Position numbers and translations under genes: made by a program. A stretch of 64,000 nucleotides of DNA from Klebsormidium nitens (taxonomy: Eukaryota; Plantae; Klebsormidiophyceae), in assembly GCA_000708835.1 (NCBI GenBank), contig DF236973.1:170699-234698 (forward strand), read 5' to 3'. The notes under the pieces are model-generated. The model was not told the origin of the DNA and made no database searches. It saw only the letters and a program-made list of their open reading frames with translations. Shown piece by piece: positions 37,558-50,418 of this stretch. Position 1 is the first letter of the stretch. Each line of letters begins with the position of its first letter.

Positions 37558-38779
37558 TTAACGTTAGGTAACTGGTTGATCAAGTACGCATGCGTTGCAC
37601 GGAACTTAATTAGAGGTTGCTAAAAAGAAATGCAGCAAGTGCGGCATGCATGAATGAGCGTCTGCTTCTTTGAATGCCTCCATCTTGGACGGTGTGCATG
37701 CTTTGCAACACAGGTCGACCTCAATTACGCCCTCCCTCAATGCGAGCATGTTTAACTTGCGATAGATTAGATTATACAAGAATCGACTGGGCCCGGGCCT
37801 GACAGTTGTGCAAGTGACTCCGGAAGGGTTTTCCATGTGCCTCCTGACGTATGACACAGTAGCATCTGTCGATTTGGCAGCGCGGGATGCTGGAACGCTT
37901 GTCAACCTTGTGATGGAAACATAAGCATTCGCTTTTTTACCGGAGGACGGTTGTGCGTTAAGGGTGAATCGCGCGCGCGAGCAAGTACGTGGGCCGATCG
38001 AGCTTCATGCAGAGTCAAGTCATGGGTCACGTCCGACGGTTTCTCCAGGACTTTGATTGACTTTTCCGCTGTATGTCCGCTCATGTTTCTATCTGACAAA
38101 AGGTTCCTCGAGATCGTCAGGACCGCGTCGTTCGATTTTCCTTACTTTCACGGTCGGGCTTATCTGAGCCACTCAGCCCTCCTGTGACTGTGTGAGCCCC
38201 TCAGAGCTTAGCCTTCGTTTTGCGGCAACCCGCGCCAAAATCCGCCTGCCAGGCATGCGCTTGATCAGTGAGTAGCGCCGTTCATTGCTACATGCATGAG
38301 CCCTCGCGGCTTATAAAAGCTGAGCCGGGGCGCCACTTCTTTCGTCAAGTTGACAAGAGTTGGGAGTCTGCTCGCTAGCTTCACCAACCAAAAGTCCACA
38401 GCAAAGTATGCCCTAGCTTTAGATAAGTTCCTTGCCACCAACGGTTTGAGATGCTACAGTAGCAATAGTTTCCAGATTGTTGCTTTTTTTGTTCCTGTGC
38501 AGGACGGCAAAGGTGGCCCGGCCGTGTTGGTTGAGTTCTTGGAGGCGCTCGCCGTCCCCGACTTCCCTTGACAAAGCCTTTCAGAAGATCGAAGCAAGTC
38601 AAGAGCCGTTCGGGAGGTCTCCACCGCTCAGTTGGTTCGTCCACCACACGGGCCAGCGCCTCAAAGGTCCTCGCAAGAGTTCCCCTATATCGGTCCAAAG
38701 TTTCTCAAACCAAGCAGAGGAGTTTCAGAATTCTGGAAAAGGCAAAGCTCAGACACCTCGTTAAACAAGTGGCTCATAA

Positions 38780-41700
38780 ATGGCGGCATCGCAAAGGTTT
38801 TGCTTTTACCTGGCTCTCCTGGCAGTCAGCTTCTCAGCCCGGTCCACGGCTTCCCGTGTGCTCCAGCAGGCGCCACCTCTGCCCATCCCCATGGCTCCGC
38901 CGTCGCCCGGGCTGCCTCCAGGTCAGTTGTCTTCGCGAGGAAGGATCTTAGAAACGATCCCTTTGTTTCCATGCCACTTTGTCCCCAACTTGAATTGTTC
39001 GACGTTGAAGGACATGCACATAGGTTGTTTTAAACGTCCGAACTTGTGTCCTCACGATGAACCCAGTGGCATTGATCGGTTCAGACGCAAGGAACAGAGC
39101 TCCCCTAAGATACCACATTTGAGACTTTCAGGGTTTCAGAGAAGGACTACGAGACTTCACCGCGCAGCCGTCCCAGATTTGACGTTGAGGAGGTCACAAG
39201 AAAAGTCGCAGATCGGGCTTTCATTAACAGCAGTAACGTAGTCGATGTTTCCCGCTTCATACAGTTCCTTTGAGATAGCCGGCCCACGATTGGCGAGCAT
39301 AAAATCGACACAATTACTCATGAGAGACTCAAGATTTCTTATCTTACAGACCACTTATCAAAGCAGACCCTTATCCGTTTAGACGGAGCAGGCAGAATCT
39401 TATCAGCCTTAGGACTCCGTTCTTTTGAAACGCTGCAGTTCCCTCGAGTGCTGTATTCCAAAGCCGCAGGTTTTCTTCCATCAAGCTCGCTGCCTTTGGA
39501 CCCATCCTGCTCACAGCTTTTTCTTCTGCCCACAACTCTCTCTCCGTCGAATGAATGAAACATGAAAGGAAACTCATCTTTGATCGCAGTTGGGGCAGCC
39601 CCCGGGCAGTGCGCCGGCGTCACATTCGCCCCGAGCACACTGGGACCGGTCGCCGCCAATTGTACCGGTCCGCAGCTGTCCCAGCTCGCATGCTGCAGCG
39701 CCATCAGTGGTTTGTGGGAGATGGCCGGGATTGCGTCACCCCAGGCAGCCCAGGTGGGGATTTCCGGTGGAGCATCTGAAGACCAATTCAGGCCTTTTCA
39801 TTCATTCTGCACGATTTGCTCCATCTGAATTGCTGTCGGACGAAAGCACGGCGGGTAAAAAGGGGATGGGACCTAAGCAAGGGTTTTTAGGTCCAAGTGA
39901 AAGAAATGTGTTGCATCGAAGAGCACGGATCTGCAAGTTCGGTTGTCAATTCAGCAATTTAGCAACGGCCATTTTACCCGCAATCTGAAGACCGTGAAGG
40001 ATCGGTGGGTGCGGCAAGGCGCCAGTAGCAAGACATTGTCATGCAGCTTCGTTTCAAGACTTCCATCAACCTTTTACCCTTTCTGCGCGTCGCCATCTCT
40101 GAGACCATCATAGGGCCACGATTGAAGCATCCGAGCTTTGAATTCGTAAGACTATGTCGAAGCTGACGTCACGGGTGCCCTGGCCCCTCCACAGACGCTG
40201 GGCACTGCCACCATCGACTTCAACACGGAGCAGGCGTGCCTCGCCGTAACGCAGCAGGCGCTCGCGCCCCTGGGCGTTACCATCGACCTTCGCCAGCTGT
40301 GCGCGGTAAGCATTAAAAGCTGTAGGTCGGTGCATACTAAGGCATAGAGTCTCTCGTGGACTTTACTCGTCGAGCTACGGTTTTGGAAATGAATTGATGC
40401 ACACGATCTTGACGAGCTTTGTGACGAGAAGCTGATCGCACTTGTGTGAAGTGGTGCGCACCCATACAGAAGAACTTACAAACATCCGTGAAACTGAATA
40501 TCAGGCTTCCATTGCATGCGCAGACTTTTCGAGCTTCTTGAATCCGCAATCAACTCCTTTGTGGATAATTCTGGTTTTTCCAGATTTCCAGTTCAGAATC
40601 AACTTCCTTAGTACTCTGAGCTTCGCAGATCGGGAGTCTGAACTCGAAACTTGGGCTTTACCGCTAATCTCGTCGTTTCCATATCCACACGAGCCCAATG
40701 CATTCAATTTCTTGGTTGCTGAGGGGGACCTCCTCCTTGACTGTTCAATACGGAGACGGGAGTCCGTCGTAAGAGTTCTGCCGTTAAAGTCTCTCATGCA
40801 AGCCATTCCTCCTTATGCGTCTACGATGCAAACGTTCCTGAACCATTATTGGCTACGTCCGGCTGTATCATCTCAAGATTTGCGTACATCGTTGTGTCGT
40901 TCAGTTGAACTGGCTCGTTGCCAAGACCGCAAGCAGAGGTGCCGTGCGTCGTATCAAGCCACAGTGCAAGCCAGCGCCAAATAGAGTCATGCGCCCAATA
41001 TGGAACGCATCCCGCAATCGAACCAGAAAGCAGAAGCTGCGCCGTTGCAGTCTCGGCGTTTTTCGAACGCAGGCATCGTTTCCAAACAGCGAAGTGAGAT
41101 ATTCTGAAAGACTGAATCTTGCAACTCATTCTGCAGGGCCCTCTGAGCGTGGCGATCACGCCCGGCAACACGTGTCCCAGCAAAGACAATAATAAGGGGG
41201 TCCTGAGACGGAGAAAATGGTATGATAGATTGTACCGGCACAAACCTTTACGATATTTCGCAGGGCCCTCTGGGCGTATTAATCACGCCCGGGAACACGT
41301 GCCCCAGCAAAGACCTGCCGCCGGCCGCCGCTCAGAACGTCATGAGCGCATGCGCCAACGTGCCCACGTAAGCAAAACTCAACTCGCGGGAATGTGTTTT
41401 CGGAATTTCTTACAATCAAGGGGGCTACGAGACCTCCGTTCTACTGCCGTTTGGGACGTGATGTTCAGGGCACTGCGGCATCGTGCTGAAATGCTCGTTC
41501 TGAGTTGGCTCTTAGCTTCACTTCGATCTCTTCAAACGAGATGGGATCTCCAATTTGGTGTTGACCGCTGATTGGTTCTCGTCTCGCTCTATAACTGAAC
41601 TACCGCCAGTATACGCAGGAAGTTTGCCATGCACTTTAAAGGGACCTTGAAACATCACTCTCGGCTGAAAGCGGTGAAGTCCTTGTCAGAAGAAAGCATC

Positions 41701-42727
41701 TAATACTCTTCTGATGGACGCCCACTAACGTACTTTGCAAGGAGGCCCGCGAATGTCAGGCCGAACTCGATGAGAGCATTGCGTAAGAGTCGGAAAGTAG
41801 TCGAGCCCCTCGGTCACTGATAAGACGGAACGCTTCCAGTTTTGGTTTTTGCAAATGAACCGAAGCACAATGCCCGTCTCCAAGTTTAGGCCCGACGCCG
41901 TGTGCGGTCCCTGCTTCACCGCCCTGACCAGCACGATCGCGGGTCTCCTCACCCCCGCGCCCGGGGCCGCGCCACCGGCGATCGCGGCCGCGGCGACCGC
42001 GCGGGACTGCGCCACTGTCGCGCTCGCGCGTTTGCTCGCGCAGAATCCCGGCTTCTACCGCGTGGGCGCGCTTCTGAACCAGGCGTTCAACGGGACGGGG
42101 TGCCCGGCCGCGTCGGTGAGAAACTAGGAGTGGGGCTTCTTGGGTGGAAAAGCGAGAATTTCAGAAACGGCGGGATTGGTTGCGCGAACTTCACCAAAAT
42201 GGCTGGAAAACGAAGAGGTTCGATGTGTATCAAGGAAGGTTAGGGCTATGAAACAATAACAAAAGTACCTTGTATCATGGGTATTGGTCACACCCGGCCG
42301 TCCGCCCGTAGATTGTGCCGACTACGTGAGCAGATCAATCAACAAGGTGAAAGCATCGGACGGCTCAGGTTGACCAGTGCCTGTTTGTCAGACAGAGTCG
42401 AGTCCATTTGCAAGATGTGTGCACGTGGAAAGCTTGGAAGGCCCTTTGGTATCGTGACTGTTGGAAGCATTGGAGATCGCAAACTTTATGTTGTCGGGGT
42501 CACCTGTCTTACCAGCCGAAGAAGGAAGGCACCCGTTTTGAGCGTGTGCCTTTGCTTCGTGATTCAAAAAGCAGCTTGCTTTTCTAACAACCGACAGATC
42601 AAGAGTTTGAGCATTACGCCCTTAAAATTAAAAATTGGAGTGTCGAGCACCAAGAAAAGGGCGAATATCCATTCTTCTCCGGTTGCAGGTCTCAGGCTCG
42701 ATGGCGAATCCTATTCCAGGACCGTAG
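38780..42727 (+). CDS. Secreted cysteine-rich SPARK-domain protein, At4g28100-like (copy A)
   Basis: Exons 38780-38921 (signal peptide MAASQRFCFYLALLAVSFSA plus Pro-rich linker), 39590-39753 (C...NC...CCSAISGLW), 40195-40305 (EQACLAVTQQAL...LC), 41264-41367 (TCP...SAC), 41890-42115 (CGPCFTAL...RDCATVALARLLAQNPGFY) and probable last exon 42689-42727 (otherwise stop at 42127). Cys spacing and the DC...L..LL..N...Y motif match my recollection of At4g28100-type proteins. TATA-like ttataaaag at ~38311. Confidence 0.75.
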
Positions 42728-43741
42728 CTTGGTATGGCTCCGCTCGAAATAGGCTGCGAGAGACTTCAACCGGTCGTCACGCCGACGTCACCGTTTCTGG
42801 TGCCGCCTTCGCTTGCCAGAAGTACAGTTTCTTTAGCAATCTCCTGCTACCCTGGAGACGCCTTGAATATAACACGTGTACAAGCGAGCCTCGTACCATC
42901 AATACTAGCTTGCCGGAAGCAAAAACAACTTTGGAACCCTAGTGTACAAACGTAGTACGACGCTTTTGTGACCTTTTCCGAGGTAGGAGACGCTAGGCGG
43001 GCTAATTCAAGGAGCATCTTGTTTGATGAATTCCCGGATGTGGAAAAACCATGGGAAGAAACGGTTTGTGGGCCAACAGTGTATCTTCATTGGATATGAC
43101 TCATTCTGACTGGTCCACTTTGTGGGCCAAGAATGTTCAACCATCGGAGCACCAGTTTGTGGGCCAATATTCTGTGTACATTCATTGCGTTTTACGCATC
43201 GTGTCTTCGTTTTTTGGGCCGACGATCGATGTCTATACATTGGATTTGACTATCTGGACGCTTCAGGCCAAGCGGCGACTGCATAAGCCTATGCAACTGA
43301 TCTTAGCTGAGCCGCCCACCGCCCCTTGTGGCATTGTATGCATCGTTTTACTATGATGGGTTTCACGAAACCGTATCTCTTGCGACAGAGAGTCTTGTCG
43401 CCCCGAACGCTGCCAGAGGCTAGCTAAGCATACCGCGCGCCGTTATCGCTTCCCACCGTTGTTCAAAGTTGCCCAGGAGATCAGGTGGCCGGATCAAGTA
43501 CGACTTTATCGACTAAGATTTCACTAGACCTGTTAATCGTCTTCCGATCAGCTTCTCAAGAACAGCAAGTGACAAGTCGATTGAGAAAGCTTCACCGCTT
43601 AAGTCCCTCCTATATAAGCCAGTGCTCCAACAATCCTCCCCAGAGTACCTTTCCTTCGAAGCGGCACTCAAAGCCAAGTTGAGAAACTGCGCCGCAACAC
43701 CCTAAGCAAAGATTTCTACGATTGTTTTCGAGCAGCCCCCA

Positions 43742-46700
43742 ATGGCGGCTTCCACGACGTTTTGGCTCTTCCTGGCTCTCTCGGCCGTCAGCTTCTGTGA
43801 CCGGTCCATGGCTTCCCGGGTGCTTCAGCAAGTGCCGACTCCGCCGTCCAAAGGTAAGTCGTGAACAAAAGTTTTCTCATCTGACCAGTTCTGTGGAGAT
43901 GGCTGGCCAAGGCTACAAGTGCCGAACGAAAGGAGGATGTTCAGCGGTTTCTAGTTTGATTTGTTTATAGTATGCTTCAAGGCAAACTCCTATCCATTGG
44001 ACGAGCAGGCGGAAGTGTGATAGGTCTTCGTGTCCATTCTGATGATCAGTTGTACTCTGCAGTTTCGACCTCCAATGTGTTCTTAAACTCTGTAGGCACT
44101 GTGATCTTTAAAGGATCTGTCACGAAATCTGCTTCAACATGTTAAACCTTCCGCCCACCAAGCTCTCTGCCTTTGCTTTGCCTCTGCCCGTACGGGTTTT
44201 ACTCGCCTTTGATTCGAACGAGACGTGAGAACGAAGAACGAACGAACAAGATATAAGAACGAGATCTAAGAGAAGTCGTGTGTCGCAGCTGGGACAACCC
44301 CCGGGCAGTGCACCGGCGTCACCTTCCCCGCAAACGCCCTGCGCTCTGTCGCCGCGAACTGTACCGGTACGCAGCCCTCCCAGGTCACATGCTGTGGCGC
44401 CATCAACAATCTGTGGGAGAACGCGGGGATTGCGTCAAACCAGGCAGCCCAGGTGCGAAACTTTGTGTCCACGAGATCCAGCCTTAACCGTTTGGGTTTG
44501 TCCCGCCCATAAAGTATGTGCACGAGTTTTTGGCCCTTAAGCATGGATGGTTACGGGATGCTTCTAGGCTGGTTAGAAAGTGCTTATATGTTCTGCAATG
44601 AGCAGAATTGGGCGGTAGCCAACCTTGGAACAAGATTAAGTCCCGGTTATTTGGTCGATAACCTGAAAGGCAAGTCTGGTTAAAATATGCATGTTCAGCA
44701 GCCAGACTTCCTGAGACGGCTTACTGTTTGCTTCAAAGCCTGCCGATCAAACACTTGGTATACGGCGTCAAACTCAAGTAGGTAGTACTCGCTGTCTCAA
44801 GGAGGTGTGTTTTGTTAGGAAGTGGGGATCTGGAAGCTTCGTTGTCATTCGGTACTCATCGAAACCGTTCTCTCTTCTAACCTCATGCTCCTTAGGAGTT
44901 GGCAGGCCGCGGCAGAGAGCAGGCAGCTAGATAGAAACCTAAGCAGCGCTGTTTCAACACCAGCAGCTTTTTCGTTTCCTGCACGACACCACTTCAGTAG
45001 CTACTAGTAGCTATAGCCACGTTGAATGCTGAGTGTTAAAGTTGACTCAGTCCTACGTGTTTTAGCAAGGGAGACATGATCCACGAGCTGACGTCACTTG
45101 GTTCCCTGTTTTCTTCACAGACCCTGGGTAACGCCACTGTCAATCGCAACACGGAGCGGGCGTGCCTCGACTTGACCCTGCGAGACCTCGCGCCGTTCGG
45201 CGTTATCGCTAACCTCTCCAAGGGGTGCGCGGTAGGACTCACGATTAGCGCTAACCCCTTAAACCGAACACCTTAACCGCGCTTGCTCCGCACCTCCACC
45301 TGCTTGAACAGCAGGCAGATCGAAGTGGAAGAGAAGTAGGAAGCGTTATTCCTCGGACTGCATCAGCCCTGATAAAGATGTAGTTCTCAGATTCCAGCGT
45401 TTGTCGACAGGATTGATTCAACTACGAGCACTTACGCTCTCACTGCCCCCACTCAATCTCTTCGTAGTGGCCCTGCGCACGTATCGCTCTGCCTATCGTT
45501 ACCTCAGAAGGTCCACGTTCGAAACCTGCTGTTCCCTCCACACAAGGAAACTTTCCAGCCTTTCTCCATCCTGTTTCCGATTCTGCCACCAATGCCGTAG
45601 ACATGCTTAGGCTTGAGTCTGAGACTGTTCTTTAGGTTCGAGGCGTATTAATTTAGAGGCGTAATCACCGGATCAAAGACAACCAGACGGAATATGAAGC
45701 GAAGGGAACGGAGGCCGGTGAAGTTTTACCGGGCATAAAATCAACACATTTCTCGCAGGACCCTTTGATTTTCGAGATCACGCCCAACAACACGTGCCCC
45801 ATCAAGGTTCTGCCGACAGCCGCCGCTCAGGCCGCCCTGAGCGCCTGCGCAAATCTGCTCACGTAAGCCGCAACCTTGCTTAGCTCCTGAAAGTATCTCG
45901 CCAGAACCCCTGAAGCGCCTGCGCAAATCTGCCCACGTAAGCCGTATCCCACTTAGCTCCTAAAAAATCTTCGCCACAAGTCCTGACGTCCCGCTTTGGC
46001 GGAGTGTCCTGGCGAGATTTTGTGCATCGAACGGAGAATACGGCTGCAAAGAACTTCGTTGTGCTGCCTGGATAGGCTTCGCCGGAACTGTATCATCTTG
46101 CTTGGATGCTTCAAGCGATGAGAATGGCTTTACTACGGGCCTTGAGAGCGGTCCTGAGTGCAAGCGTTCCCTTGAGTTGTTTCCCCGGAAAGTTTTTGTT
46201 CCCCAGATGCTGAAGACTGCGGATTAAATCGTAGTTCCGAACGGAAAGTTCTGTATGCAATTAGGAGCTGGTCACCATCTCCAAATGCCACCGCCCTTCA
46301 CCCATGCATTATCAGTCCTTCGAAACTCTCTCCGCGCGTCTCTCTTGGACCATCGCGGCAGGCGAGGAAAAACGATGGCAGTTTTATCAGGAGCCAATTC
46401 GTACTGAGGCAGAAATTCCGATCGCCTCGTCGCTCTCGCCCTTGTTGGAAGGCCTCAAAAGATAAGCAGAAGTTCAAAGCAAAACCTTTCACTGCTTTTC
46501 GAACCCAGGGCCAACATTAATTTCGTGTGCGGTACCTGCTTCAAAGAATAACAAAAGTTTCACGCAAAAAGCTTCACTGCTTCTCGAACCCAGGGCCAAC
46601 ATTAACTTCGTGTGCGGTGCCTGCTTCAATGCCTTCACTGACGTGACCGCGGGTCTCCTCGGGGTGTCGCGTTCGGGGGCGCTGTCGGCCATCGCGGCCG

Positions 46701-47524
46701 GCAATACGACCGCGCAAAACTGCGCCACTGTCACAATTGTGCGCTTGCTCCAGCTGAACCCCGGGGAATTCTACCGGGTGGGCGCGTTTCTGGATAAGGC
46801 ATTCAACGGGGCGGGGTGCGCTGCTGGGCTGGGGCTGGTGAGCAACTAGGAATGGAAGCTTTTTGCGCGGGGTAGAGGAAATGCACGGGCAGTGTGGTCA
46901 AGTCTTGCGGTGATCCGGTGCGTCTTCGTTAGACGGGGTTTGAATGAAGTTTCTGAACTTCGAAAACCCGCGCACAGGAATCGAAAGTCTCTGGTGCGGA
47001 CGATTCACCTGCCTTCGCCACAAAAGCCACACAAAGTCTTTGTCCCGCGTGCCTGTCTTCGTGATTCAGTAAAGGAGCCGCTCTTAATTCTTGACGCTTG
47101 ATCGGAAGGGAGAATGAACTCTGTGTTTGAGCATTCCTGCATCATTGTGTGAGACCTCGAGATAGAGGAGACACGTACTTTAGTGGCAGCCCACAGGAGT
47201 CGCGGCTTGCGGCCGTGTTTGGCACCAGGCTCCGTCAGGTTTCATATCACCTAGACGTTCTCGTGTGGTCAGACTACGGATTGCTCCCGTTCGGAGACAC
47301 GTGGCGTTGCTTCGACTCGTTCTTTTGCTCCATCGGGAGTTAAATTGAGAAGCGCTTGTCGTAGAAGATTTGCATATTTGCATGGCCCCAAGATACGTCC
47401 AAACCTGAAAGGGTGCAGGCGTGGCCAGTTTCTCAAAGAACGACCTGCGTTTTGGTTAATGGCGACCTCCATGTCTCGATTTGGACCTGCCTTTCAGGCG
47501 CTGTCTCCGTTGCAGTCTCACTGA
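43742..47524 (+). CDS. Secreted cysteine-rich SPARK-domain protein, At4g28100-like (copy B, tandem paralog)
   Basis: Exons 43742-43853, 44289-44452, 45121-45231, 45759-45862, 46594-46837 and possible last exon 47498-47524 (otherwise stop at 46849). Intron phases and the lengths of exons 2-4 (164, 111, 104 nt) are identical to copy A. TATA-like ctatataag at ~43610. Confidence 0.75.
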
Positions 47525-49083
47525 GTGCTGTTGCAACTGAAAGCGCTTACATGAGTCTTGAGATTGACTTGAAGATTGCAAACATAAACTGTCTTTATTT
47601 TGCCGTGGCAGGTGAGTCCTGTCCTGACCCGACCCTGATTTGAATGTAAAACTTCTGTAGCCCTGCTGGCAAGCGAAGGGGCACTCGATTAAAGCTGTAA
47701 AGCTGACGCCGGCGTGAGGATTGGATAACCTTTGTAGTCTTCCATACCATCACAATCACTGTGACTTTGACTAAAGCCGCAAATCATATATAGAGTACCC
47801 TCGTAAAGCAGCCTCGTACATCAATGGACGAAGAAAGTTGAAAGAGGCCCAAGTTGTAAAAGGCCCTAGTGTGGCAGATCAGTACGAGGTGTTTGTGACT
47901 GTTGAGTAGAGTGAAGTCCAGGCCAGCTACTTCTGGGACCATCTTGTCTTCCCTGCAACTGTACATGTTCCGCCTGGTTTTTCCCGCAACTGGCAGTCCG
48001 TGGAGAGCTCTTCGATCGTATTACTAAAATCATTCGAATGATAAAGACGCCCGCGACGTTCGGGTGCCTACTGATGATTTGTCTGGGATTAGGGTAATGC
48101 CTTATAGTCTTCTTCTCATCGCTTGAACGCACGTAACGCTGATCGAGCGCTCAGAGCATGGTTTCCGATTGTGGGTTTGAACACGTCGCTGTATGATGAA
48201 CCGCGAATCTGATACACAGCTGCTAGTCAATCGGAATTTAAATGCCTCGAGAAAGACGTTTGTGGCACTCATGGCAGTGCTCTGATGCAGCGCACAGCTG
48301 CGAGAATTGGATAGCATAGTAGATATAGTAGCGGGCATATAGCAGACAGGATAGCAGGATGATAGCAATTGCATAACAGAATTGAAATAGTTACAAGCTT
48401 GATGAGGGGGGTAATGGGCAAGTCATGGGAGTGCGTGACCGGCAGTCGTCGGCGGGCGCCGTCCTGTCGGGCGGCCGCGGCGCCCAACTTTTCCTGGCCG
48501 GGCAGGCTCACTGTGCATGGCACTGAGCAGTCACGCCAGCCCGCGGCGGCGGCCACGCGCGGCCGCGGTACAGCGCGGGCTAGCGCTAGGCGATGCGCAC
48601 GTGGTGACTCATGCATGCTGATCAACTGGTGCTTAAAGTGGGCGTCTACCCACGTGGTACTCCGGCGGTCCCTTCGCAGCAACTCCACATCTTGTGTCGC
48701 CAGAAGTTTGGTCACGTGGTACTAGGTCTAGCGACCAAACTACCGGCATACGGGCTAGTTGGTCGCCGAGGCGTGACGGGTCTCAGGACGCCCCCTTTAA
48801 GGCCGTCGATTGGTAGATCAGATGCATCTCAAGCCGTCATCATGTCGGATTTGACGTCCGCAATGCGCATCTGCTTTTCCCGCGAAGCTTTTGAATCTTC
48901 CCCGGAGTCGAATTTGGGTTGCACATTTTGCAGTCAGCAACAGGGAAATTGCAAGGGGAGCTGAGCCTGCAAAGAGCAGAGCTCTCTCATCAAAAACAGA
49001 TCTCTGAAGGTACCTACTTTGGTTTTGCAAGTAAACGTCGCCGCTGATGCAAGGACAGGCTTTGGTGCATCCGGGAAGCAGCA

Positions 49084-50418
49084 ATGGCGCTGTCCTTCAC
49101 CGACTGCTTCAATGTGCAGAAGTACTCCACGCACATGCTCCTGCTAAAATACCCCGGAACCGAAGGCGACTCAGAGGTCCAAGCAGACGCAGGTCAGGTT
49201 GTGAAGAAGGGGAAGCGGAAGAGGGTGATACTAGAAGAAAGCACAGTGGCCCAGTCGGTGCATGTCAATGCCGCTATTCTGGCGACAAAGAGCGAGGTCC
49301 TGGACCGCCTTCTGAACAGTGAGATGCAGGGAGAGAGTGCGGTTCCCAGCGTTGTGCTGCAGTCAGAGGAGGAGGCAGGCCTGATGATCACCCTGCTGAA
49401 GTTTTGCTATAGCTCTGGAGCGGTAGAGGAAGTGGCGGCCAGCAAGGAGAGGTTGCTTGGGCTGCTCATGCTGGCCGACAAATTCGGGGTCACAGAGTGC
49501 ATCCAAGCGTGCGCTAGCATTCTGGGGAAGAGCGTGTCAACAGTAGCGGACGCGGGTCTGTACCTCTCCCTACCCGCACACCTAAGAGAGCAGCCCGCAC
49601 TTCGCTCATACGTAGAGCTCAGCTCCAAGGCGCTCATGAAGCTTCTGTAGAATCTAGATGCGCTCTTCGACTCTGAGAAGTACCTTACCCTGTCTCTTGA
49701 GGTCCTGAAGTTGGCGCTTGGAAGTCAATCAGCGCAGGTGCGGTCAGAGAACACGTGCTTCTGCTTAGTGTGGAGCTGGGTCGCTGAGCACTGCAAAGGG
49801 CCGTCTGCGCGGAAGGTGGCCCTTGGGGAGCTCCTCCCGCTCCTGAGATTCCACCAGATGACGGGCGACTTCCTGCTTGCTATTGCGGCCCAGCCGGATA
49901 TGACCAGGCCTTCGGCGGCAGGGCTCATCAAGGCAGCACTTCGCTACAGAACAGGCCCCTTTACAAAAAGCCCTGGATGCTTTGGGTTGAGCAGTGTTGG
50001 CAAGCGGCCATCTTGCGCCTCGTACTACTGCTTTGAGAGCATTCCTGAGAGCTCTTTGGTTGGCCTGGAATCTGGGTACTCAATCAATGTTCCACAGATT
50101 TTTGTTGATGGTTACATGTTCCAGTTGAACATAGAGCGGATGTCAGACGGGGTTTTCAAACTCACTCTCTGGGTCAACGGGTGGAAACAACTGCAAAGCG
50201 CGGAGGACAGAGTGTCCATCTTTACAAGGCTGTCGGCAGTCTCAGCTCAGCCAGAATTGATTTGGACACAAAGCTGGGTAGACAGCATAGTTGGGCATGG
50301 TTACATTATGAAAAGTGTGAAGCTGCTTACAGATGACGGGAAGTCAGTCCAGCGAAAGTATCTAGGTCACCTGGAAAGGAGCATGACCTTGGAGCTTGTG
50401 ACAATATGGAAAACGTAA
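49084..50418 (+). pseudogene. Intronless BTB/POZ-BACK gene (LRB/POB1-like CUL3 adaptor) interrupted by one in-frame TAG at 49648-49650
   Basis: ORFs 49084-49650 and 49711-50418 are in the same frame and align colinearly with the intact paralog at 53125-51767. CTG TAG AAT CTA GAT corresponds to paralog CTA GAG AAT CTA GAT. BTB motifs: VHVNAAILATKSEVLDRLLNSEMQ, LLMLADKF. BACK motif: SENTCFCLVWSWV. Confidence 0.8.
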
